32,000 nucleotides of DNA, taken from positions 60,001 through 92,000 of the forward strand of contig NZ_PQWO01000017.1 in NCBI RefSeq assembly GCF_003231495.1, read 5' to 3'. Source of the DNA: Acaryochloris thomasi RCC1774. Its GTDB lineage: Bacteria; Cyanobacteriota; Cyanobacteriia; Thermosynechococcales; Thermosynechococcaceae. Each line of letters starts with the position of its first letter. Positions within the stretch are counted from its first letter, which is position 1. The notes under the pieces were generated by a model, which did no database searches, was not told the origin of the DNA, and saw only the letters and a program-made list of their open reading frames with translations. Shown here piece by piece: positions 25,389 through 31,129 of this stretch. Position numbers and translations under genes: made by a program.

Positions 25389-26594
25389 TCAGCTATTTGG
25401 CTTTTGATCAAGGCGAGTGGCCTGCTCAATAGCTGCAATTTCTTCAGCACGGCGAGCATAGGGCTGCAGACTCTCTAAATCCCAGCCGGTGAGAATGCTG
25501 AGATTTTCTAGACTCATGCCCCGCAGCAGCATATCGATACACCAAGTTTGTTGGGTTTGGGCAAGAATCGGTGATCCTTCGGGTGTGGTGATGCTGTCGG
25601 TCCAGAGTTGCCAGCGGGTTTTGATGTTTGCAATCGCAACTGGTTGATCTAATTCATTCAAAAACAAATGAGGCTGCTTGTCTTTGCGACTTTTGAGCCA
25701 TTTAGTCAGAGGGTTCGCCGTATATGACCCGTAGCGATTGCCCATGATCCACTGGTTCACGGGGACCTGTCGAGTCCCAACCTGGAGGAGATGCTGATGG
25801 CTATCGCAGATTTGTTGCGATCGCATCAACCCCACAACATCTTTTGCCGCAACCCCAGCCCCAAACAAAACATAGGCCAACGCATAGTCCTGCAGACTTA
25901 CCTTCTTCGCCTGCCGCAAAATTTGATGGACTAGAGAAGCCGACAAATCTGCAACGCTAGCTTCGGCCACGGGTGCTTCTGACACCCGCGAGAGCGCTGA
26001 TGATGGAGACACTTCCGCTCCCTGCAAAAGCTGTACTACATGATCGAGAAATGCGTCTCGGCTCTCCCAAAGCTGATGGAACTCGCTCGTGAACTCAATT
26101 ACCGCATAGCCCAGCAGCATTCCGTTAAGCAGCCCCGCCAACTTCTCCGCCGGAAGCCGTGCCTGAAAGTCACCTCGGTTAATACCCTGCTGCAGATATT
26201 GAGCCACATAACGATTGGCCTCCGTTAGCCCTTGCCCTAACGCCCGCCGATGCTCCTCCGGATACTGATCCGCCTCCCCCACCAGCGACCGAATCAGCTT
26301 CGGCACCCGCTCCAGCGCATGCAAGTAAACACTTGCATACTGCCTTAATCCCTGCCCCGCACTGCCGGTCGAGCTACCTTGCACCAGAGATTCCCCCAGG
26401 GCTTTCAAAGCAGCAGACTCTTCTAACACCGCCAGCAAGAGGCCATGCTTATTGCCAAACTGCCGGAAAAGCGTCACCTCGTTCACGTCCGCTGCTTCAG
26501 CAATCTGACGCGTCGTCGTTCCATTCACTCCCTGAGCCATAAATAACTCTAAGGCAGACTTAATCAGACGTTGACGGGTTGATCGGGAAGCCAT
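25389..26594 (-). CDS. TetR/AcrR-family transcriptional regulator with ~185-aa C-terminal tyrosine-recombinase-like (apparently inactive) extension
   Basis: The TetR N-terminal HTH is RQRLIKSALELFMAQGVNGTTTRQIAEAADVNEVTLFRQFGNKHGLLLAVLEE. The track start is TTG 26609. I prefer ATG 26594 (MASRSTRQRL), giving 401 aa, about twice a normal TetR. The C-terminal pattern is discussed under findings. Confidence 0.75.
   Translation of the reverse strand: MASRSTRQRLIKSALELFMAQGVNGTTTRQIAEAADVNEVTLFRQFGNKHGLLLAVLEESAALKALGESLVQGSSTGSAGQGLRQYASVYLHALERVPKLIRSLVGEADQYPEEHRRALGQGLTEANRYVAQYLQQGINRGDFQARLPAEKLAGLLNGMLLGYAVIEFTSEFHQLWESRDAFLDHVVQLLQGAEVSPSSALSRVSEAPVAEASVADLSASLVHQILRQAKKVSLQDYALAYVLFGAGVAAKDVVGLMRSQQICDSHQHLLQVGTRQVPVNQWIMGNRYGSYTANPLTKWLKSRKDKQPHLFLNELDQPVAIANIKTRWQLWTDSITTPEGSPILAQTQQTWCIDMLLRGMSLENLSILTGWDLESLQPYARRAEEIAAIEQATRLDQKPNS
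26319..26338. promoter_or_regulatory. Palindrome ATGCAAGT-AAAC-ACTTGCAT inside the TetR-like coding sequence (third copy of the operator-like motif)
   Basis: Perfect 8+8 inverted repeat with a 4-nt spacer. It has the same half-sites as the two intergenic copies. It lies about 265 nt into the regulator gene, coding SVYLHALE. Confidence 0.4.
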
Positions 26595-26603
26595 AAGCCA
26601 GAA

Positions 26604-26621
26604 ATGCAAGTAACACTTGCA
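26604..26621. promoter_or_regulatory. Palindromic repeat copy 1, TGCAAGT-AAC-ACTTGCA; candidate TetR operator
   Basis: Perfect 7+7 inverted repeat at 26605-26621. The 17-mer ATGCAAGTAACACTTGC (26604-26620) is repeated exactly at 26652-26668. It begins 11 nt upstream of the regulator ATG 26594. Confidence 0.55.
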
Positions 26622-26645
26622 GAATCAAATTAAACTTGTTAGCAT
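26617..26645 (+). promoter_or_regulatory. Candidate promoter of desC, interdigitated with the regulator promoter
   Basis: The plus strand has TTGCAG (26617-26622, inside palindrome copy 1), a 17-nt spacer, then TAGCAT (26640-26645). The predicted start, near 26652, falls on palindrome copy 2. The -10 is weak. Confidence 0.3.
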
Positions 26646-26657
26646 TGGGCTATGCAA
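26629..26657 (-). promoter_or_regulatory. Candidate sigma70-type promoter of the TetR-like gene
   Basis: The minus strand has TTGCAT (26657-26652), a 17-nt spacer, then TTTAAT (26634-26629). The -35 lies inside palindrome copy 2. The predicted start, near 26622, abuts palindrome copy 1. Confidence 0.35.
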
Positions 26658-26669
26658 GTAACACTTGCT
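26652..26669. promoter_or_regulatory. Palindromic repeat copy 2; candidate TetR operator
   Basis: ATGCAAGTAACACTTGC is identical to copy 1 and lies 48 bp away. The outermost base of the right arm is T instead of A. It lies about 100 nt upstream of the desC ATG. Confidence 0.55.
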
Positions 26670-26767
26670 TTCTTACTGTAGCGGTCAAGCGACGAAAAAT
26701 CGAGGTTGCTTTGGCGCTCTTAACCCCTGGCTTGAATAGAGTCGGCGATTTATTCTTAGGATTGGTT

Positions 26768-27628
26768 ATGACAGCACAAACTTTGGGTACTGCCCCTGGC
26801 AGCGATTTGCCTGCGCTTAATTGGACGAATGTGGGCTTCTTTGCCGCTTTCCATGCGGTCGCACTGCTGGCTCCCCTTTACTTCTCTTGGTCGGCGCTTG
26901 GCGTTGCCGTTCTCTTGCACTGGCTATTTGGCGGTATTGGGATTTGTCTGGGCTATCACCGGCTGCTCAGCCACCGAAGTTTTCAAGTACCAAAGTGGTT
27001 GGAATATGCGATCGCACTTCTAGGCGCAATGGCAATCCAAGGCAGTCCAACCTTTTGGGTCGGTGGTCATCGTCAGCATCACGCCCACACCGAAGACGTC
27101 ATTAAAGACCCCTACTCAGCCGAGCGAGGCTTCTGGTGGAGCCATATTCTCTGGGTTCTCTACCCCAAAAAAGATTTTTTTGACCCGCAACAGTACCGAA
27201 AGCTGGCGCCCGATCTCGCGAAACAGCCCTTTTATCGTTTCTTGGATCATGCTTTTCTGCTGCTTCAGCTTCCCTTAGCAGCCTTGCTGTATGCCTTTGG
27301 CGGCTGGTCCTTTGTGATTTATGGCATCTTCGTTCGCTCTGTCCTGCTGTGGCACTCTACCTGGTTTGTGAACTCTGCCACCCATATGTTTGGGTATCGT
27401 ACCTTTGAAGGCTCTGACGATGATGCTCGAAATCTTTGGTGGGTATCGCTTTTGACCTATGGTGAAGGCTGGCATAACAACCACCATGCCTATCCCCATG
27501 TGGCTAAGTCAGGCTTTCGCTGGTGGGAGGTTGATGTGACCTGGTGGGCGATCTCAGTCTTGAAATCTGTGGGATTAGCAAAGAAGGTGACACTGTATCC
27601 AGCTAAAGCCCACAACCAAAGTTCCTAA
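26768..27628 (+). CDS. desC: Membrane acyl-lipid/acyl-CoA delta-9 fatty-acid desaturase
   Basis: Three His boxes: HRLLSH, HRQHHAH and HNNHHAYP. The hydrophobic segments are typical. The track start is TTG 26636. I prefer ATG 26768 (MTAQTLGTAPG...), giving 286 aa. Confidence 0.9.
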   Translation: MTAQTLGTAPGSDLPALNWTNVGFFAAFHAVALLAPLYFSWSALGVAVLLHWLFGGIGICLGYHRLLSHRSFQVPKWLEYAIALLGAMAIQGSPTFWVGGHRQHHAHTEDVIKDPYSAERGFWWSHILWVLYPKKDFFDPQQYRKLAPDLAKQPFYRFLDHAFLLLQLPLAALLYAFGGWSFVIYGIFVRSVLLWHSTWFVNSATHMFGYRTFEGSDDDARNLWWVSLLTYGEGWHNNHHAYPHVAKSGFRWWEVDVTWWAISVLKSVGLAKKVTLYPAKAHNQSS

Positions 27629-27715
27629 ACCCCATACAGACAAAAGTTTTGAAGAATTTTTGAGATTACCCTATTCACCGTGAGGTCGTGAGTATATAAT
27701 CGATAAGCATTCTTC

Positions 27716-27788
27716 GCTGGTGTAGCTCAGTTGGTAGAGCAGCTGATTTGTAATCAGCCGGTCGCATGTTCGAGTCATGTCACCAGCT
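27716..27788 (+). tRNA. tRNA-Thr (anticodon UGU)
   Basis: Hand-folded cloverleaf: acceptor GCTGGTG/CACCAGC, D arm GCTC-AGTTGGTA-GAGC, anticodon arm GCTGA-TTTGTAA-TCAGC, variable loop CGGTC, T arm GCATG-TTCGAGT-CATGT, discriminator T. CCA is not encoded. TATAAT at 27695-27700 is a possible -10. Confidence 0.93.
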
Positions 27789-27796
27789 TCTCAATC

Positions 27797-27830
27797 AAAA
27801 AGCCCTGTACAACCTGTACAGGGCTTTTTT
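27797..27830. terminator. Bidirectional rho-independent terminator (serves tRNA-Thr and probably the convergent DUF3386-like gene)
   Basis: AAAA-AGCCCTGTACA-ACC-TGTACAGGGCT-TTTTT, a perfect 11-bp stem with A- and T-tracts on either side. Confidence 0.9.
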
Positions 27831-27970
27831 CGGTTTGCTCTCAGTAATTCTCCTCAACCGTTGAAGATCGGCACGTTACTGAAATCATGCATCTTCGTTG
27901 AGCAACCGTTGAAAGGTCTCTATAGATTCAACGATGACTGCTTGCTTGAAGATGGTCTGGAGCGGGTTTG

Positions 27971-28624
27971 CTAGGCTGCGGCATCAAGTTGTTCGATATT
28001 CGTGAACCGGAATTCCTGGGCCTGCACTTGTCCCTCTGAGTCTGTTTCAATCAGACGGCGAGACAAGACAAAATAATTCCCGACCTGCTGGTACTCATCT
28101 TCAAAGACACTCTTACCGCCCTTCTGCTCGCCCGATTTAGGATCGTGGTAAACCGAGTCATAACGATGAGACAGATATCCTTCTCCCGTGTCATGACTAC
28201 TAAAGGTATGAATCGTCACTACAACACCATGAATGTGACGGTGCACCATTGTCACTTCGTTGTCCTTGAGTTCATATTTATCACCTTCAGCTTTGCCACC
28301 CATTAAAATCTCCACGGCTCCGTCGGCTTTTGTCTCTCCAAACGAAAAAGAGTTCTTCCCGTGAGTTTCGTCAAAGGTGCGGCGGACCCGGTGAATGGAC
28401 ATTTCAAATAGTTGACCGTGAATCGCTTTCTTGGCGTCCTCATCTTCAACCCCAAGCACCTCTAGCTTCAGGTCTGCGCCGACACGCGCCTGTCCTTTAA
28501 TTTCTTGGTCACCAGCTTTATAGGTCACATCAGCTGTATAACCAGGGAATCCTTTGTCCCAGGTGTAACGATTCTCGTAAGCAGCACGGAACAATTCTTG
28601 AGCGCTTAATGTACTGGCTATCAT
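27971..28624 (-). CDS. Conserved cyanobacterial hypothetical protein, probably DUF3386 family
   Basis: 217-aa ORF with a strong RBS (AGGAGAG 5 nt upstream of the ATG). The N-terminus AQELFRAAYENRYTWDKGFPGYTADV matches my recollection of DUF3386 proteins. The family call is from recall only. Confidence 0.5.
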   Translation of the reverse strand: MIASTLSAQELFRAAYENRYTWDKGFPGYTADVTYKAGDQEIKGQARVGADLKLEVLGVEDEDAKKAIHGQLFEMSIHRVRRTFDETHGKNSFSFGETKADGAVEILMGGKAEGDKYELKDNEVTMVHRHIHGVVVTIHTFSSHDTGEGYLSHRYDSVYHDPKSGEQKGGKSVFEDEYQQVGNYFVLSRRLIETDSEGQVQAQEFRFTNIEQLDAAA

Positions 28625-28645
28625 AATTCTCTCCTATTGATCTGA

Positions 28646-28721
28646 ACGCTTATGAACACAAATTCCTAGATGAACGATGCACGCATGAAGTTGGCAACTG
28701 CGCTAACGTCACGCTTATGAA
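28646..28721. repeat. ACGC(TT)ATGAA motif x3 in the divergent intergenic region
   Basis: ACGCTTATGAA occurs exactly at 28646-28656 and 28711-28721. A shortened version, ACGCATGAAG, lies at 28681-28690. Confidence 0.5.
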
Positions 28722-28924
28722 AGGGTGACATCAGATCATCGAGTTGAGGACATTGGCGTATTGTTATCTTACTCAAGGGTGAGGGCTTAAGACAGCTTGG
28801 GGTTGTGGGCCGTTCCGACATCGCTCACTTTCCTCATACCAGTACATTCGCTGATTCGACATTTCAAACCGCGAAGAATCGGTATTGCTTTGAACTGAGA
28901 GACAGTAGATAAATTGTTTCACTC

Positions 28925-28942
28925 TAAGCTGACAACAGCTTA
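28925..28942. promoter_or_regulatory. Palindrome TAAGCTG-ACAA-CAGCTTA just upstream of the BlaI-like gene; candidate auto-operator
   Basis: Perfect 7+7 inverted repeat ending 3 nt before ATG 28945, or 30 nt before the alternative ATG 28972. BlaI/MecI/CopY repressors bind dyads in their own promoters. This dyad lacks the TACAnnTGTA core of CopY/BlaI boxes. Confidence 0.3.
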
Positions 28943-28944
28943 AA

Positions 28945-29388
28945 ATGGGGGAAATTACACCCAGGCTATGCATGGCTGCCCTCCCGAACTACCGCCCCCA
29001 GCAACTTTCCCTTGGTCCTCTAGAAGAAGAAATTTTCACGATTGTCTGGGAACTAGGTCCGGCCACTGTAAAGGCCGTCCACGACAAGATTCTGACACAG
29101 CCCAACCGAGAATTGGCCTACACCTCTGTCACGACAGTTCTCAACCGGCTCACTAAGAAAGGGTGGCTCGCCTGCGATAAACACAACCGCAGCTTCACCT
29201 GGAAAGCCCTTTTATCGCCTGCACAGGCGCAGTCCCTGTGGGCACACAAGCATCTGCAGCAGTTTCTAGCCGTAGGAAATGCCGATGTGGTGGCCACCTT
29301 CGCCGATAGCCTCGATCAGGCTAGTGTGGAACAGATAGATGCGATCGCAAAAAAAATCAAAGACGCTCGCAAGGCACGGGAGGACTGA
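28945..29388 (+). CDS. BlaI/MecI/CopY-family winged-helix repressor (PetR-like)
   Basis: LGPLEEEIFTIVWELGPATVKAVHDKI....ELAYTSVTTVLNRLTKKGWL is the penicillinase-repressor domain pattern. The stop lies 3 nt before the M56 protease gene. Confidence 0.8.
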   Translation: MGEITPRLCMAALPNYRPQQLSLGPLEEEIFTIVWELGPATVKAVHDKILTQPNRELAYTSVTTVLNRLTKKGWLACDKHNRSFTWKALLSPAQAQSLWAHKHLQQFLAVGNADVVATFADSLDQASVEQIDAIAKKIKDARKARED

Positions 29389-29391
29389 CCC

Positions 29392-30228
29392 ATGCATGTA
29401 CTCCTGATCCTCAGTGCCCTAGTTCTAGCCTACGGATTACGACTCAATTGGCCACTTGCCGCAGTCGATACACATCAATGGCAGCAGGCCCTAGTTCGCT
29501 TTTTAGTGCCGCCCCTGCTGCTCTTGATGACCGCAATCTCCATCCTGCTGATGGGACCGCAGGGCCAAATGATCTGGGGCCATACAGGTTGGACCAGTAC
29601 GCTACTGGCCGCTAGCTTTTTGGTCATTCTATTAATTGCAGGCCTACGTTACACCCACCGAGCTTGGCAAACACTGCATCAGCTCAACCACTATCCCTGT
29701 ATAAAACTCCACAATCAAACGGGACGCTACCTCAATACCTCCACCCCCTTCATCGCCCGAATGGGCTTTTGGAAATCTGAGCTAGTGTTTAGCCAAGGAT
29801 TGCTCGATACCTTCACACCAGAACAAATTGCCGCCATTCTGGTTCACGAACAGGCTCACCAGCACTATCGAGATACCTTTTGGTTTTTTTGGCTGGGATG
29901 GATTCATCAGTGGACACGATGGCTACCTGAAGCTGAAGCCATCTGGCAAGAATTATTGATTTTGCGGGAGCTACGGGCTGACCGATGGGCCGCACAGCGA
30001 GTTGACGGTCTCTTGCTAGCAGAATCGCTGATGCTCATGGTGCAGTCGCCGCTATGGTCTGATGCCCTCTGTGCCTCCTTTAGCCCCGCCGCACCTCAAA
30101 GTCGCATCGAAGAGCGCATCGATGCACTGTTAGCAGCTCCAGAAGAAACCGCAGGCCCCAGTGCTAGGTCGTGGAGCTGGATCCTGTTAGCATTATTGCC
30201 GCTTTTAACTGTGCCCTTTCACCACTGA
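29392..30228 (+). CDS. M56-family (BlaR1/MecR1-like) membrane zinc metalloprotease without extracellular sensor domain (PetP-like)
   Basis: Several hydrophobic helices. The HExxH motif is in AAILVHEQAHQHYRD. A downstream LRELRADRWA block follows. The 278-aa product has no penicillin-binding domain. Confidence 0.8.
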   Translation: MHVLLILSALVLAYGLRLNWPLAAVDTHQWQQALVRFLVPPLLLLMTAISILLMGPQGQMIWGHTGWTSTLLAASFLVILLIAGLRYTHRAWQTLHQLNHYPCIKLHNQTGRYLNTSTPFIARMGFWKSELVFSQGLLDTFTPEQIAAILVHEQAHQHYRDTFWFFWLGWIHQWTRWLPEAEAIWQELLILRELRADRWAAQRVDGLLLAESLMLMVQSPLWSDALCASFSPAAPQSRIEERIDALLAAPEETAGPSARSWSWILLALLPLLTVPFHH

Positions 30229-30258
30229 AGAGATTGATCTTCAAAGAATAACGCCCCA

Positions 30259-31089
30259 ATGAACTTACTCATCCAGCGCCAGACTGATTTTAATCTCAGC
30301 AGTCGCAACGCCTGGGATGTCTTTGCCGACCACCGCGATCGCGTCACCTCACAACTCATGCAGGGAGTAGATGGCTCTCGTTTATGCATTTTGGGCGCCG
30401 GGAACTGTAATGACTTGGATTTGCAAACACTCGTTCAATTTCACCGTGAAGTTCACCTCGTTGACATTGATACAAACGCATTAGACCAAGGTGTTGTAAG
30501 ACAGAACCTTGCGAACCACTCTCGTATTCATGTTCACGGCGATATTGATTTAACAGGAATGCTAGATCAAATAGCCAACTGGTCTTCAGATACCCATGTT
30601 TCAGAGACCGATATTGCAGCCTTTTTAGATCACCCCATTCATAGCCTAAAAAGGATTCCTGGTCCTTTCGATGTTGTTGCTTCCACCTGCATTCTGAGTC
30701 AGTTGATCAAAACTGTCGTTGATGCTGTCGGAGAGGAGCATCAACGATTTCTAGCGTTAATTCAAGCCATTCGGATGGGGCATCTGCGGCACCTGATGCA
30801 GCTAACAGTCTCAGGTGGCACTAGCTTACTGTTTACAGATGTCGTCTCTTCAACCTCCTATCCAGGATTGGCATCAGTGCCGACACACAATCTCAGCCAA
30901 GTATTGAGTCAACTGATTAAAGACGGCAATTTCTTCCACGGGGTCAACCCAGCAGTGTTAATGAATCTCTTTCGCCAAGATCCTGAGTTGAGCGAGCAAG
31001 TTACCACGATAGAACCGATTGGTCCCTGGCTCTGGGATCTTGGTCCTCGCAGCTATGCCGTCGTTGCATTGAAGCTCAAGAGAAGGTGA
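30259..31089 (+). CDS. Rossmann-fold, class I methyltransferase-like protein of unknown function
   Basis: RLCILGAGNCNDLDL (motif-I-like), EVHLVDID (acidic end of strand 2) and FDVVASTCILSQL (motif-III-like). The motifs are non-canonical and I recognise no family. Confidence 0.4.
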   Translation: MNLLIQRQTDFNLSSRNAWDVFADHRDRVTSQLMQGVDGSRLCILGAGNCNDLDLQTLVQFHREVHLVDIDTNALDQGVVRQNLANHSRIHVHGDIDLTGMLDQIANWSSDTHVSETDIAAFLDHPIHSLKRIPGPFDVVASTCILSQLIKTVVDAVGEEHQRFLALIQAIRMGHLRHLMQLTVSGGTSLLFTDVVSSTSYPGLASVPTHNLSQVLSQLIKDGNFFHGVNPAVLMNLFRQDPELSEQVTTIEPIGPWLWDLGPRSYAVVALKLKRR

Positions 31090-31129
31090 GACACATTTCA
31101 GTTTAGTTGCAGCCCGCTAAGAGATTGAC

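Noticed and set aside
25351-25485. 44-codon plus-strand ORF (MELGSECRILFEY...) with AAGGAGAG upstream, at the right edge of the islet
   Set aside because: The SD-like element is about 20 nt from the ATG. Most of the ORF is antisense to the 3' end of the TetR-like gene.
21773-25816. Longest HIP1-free interval in the window (about 4 kb) coincides with the IS/cargo islet
   Set aside because: It is tempting as evidence of foreign origin. However, I also see HIP1-free gaps of about 3-3.5 kb in clearly native regions (1899-5457, 6110-9156, 16450-19876), so the gap alone is not significant. GC content is the better argument.
27716-27788. tRNA-Thr as an integration site for an island containing the recombinase-like TetR gene
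   Set aside because: I looked for a direct repeat of the tRNA 3' end (GTTCGAGTCATGTCACCAGC) elsewhere in the window and found none. desC and the regulator gene have native composition and HIP1 sites.
27777-27974. 65-aa ORF starting inside tRNA-Thr and running through the terminator hairpin
   Set aside because: It overlaps a tRNA and an 11-bp-stem terminator, so it is implausible as a gene.
28773-28973. 66-aa minus-strand ORF in the DUF3386/BlaI intergenic region
   Set aside because: It starts inside the BlaI-like gene on the opposite strand. It has no RBS and a Cys/Ser/Gln-rich, unconvincing sequence. The region is better explained as regulatory DNA.
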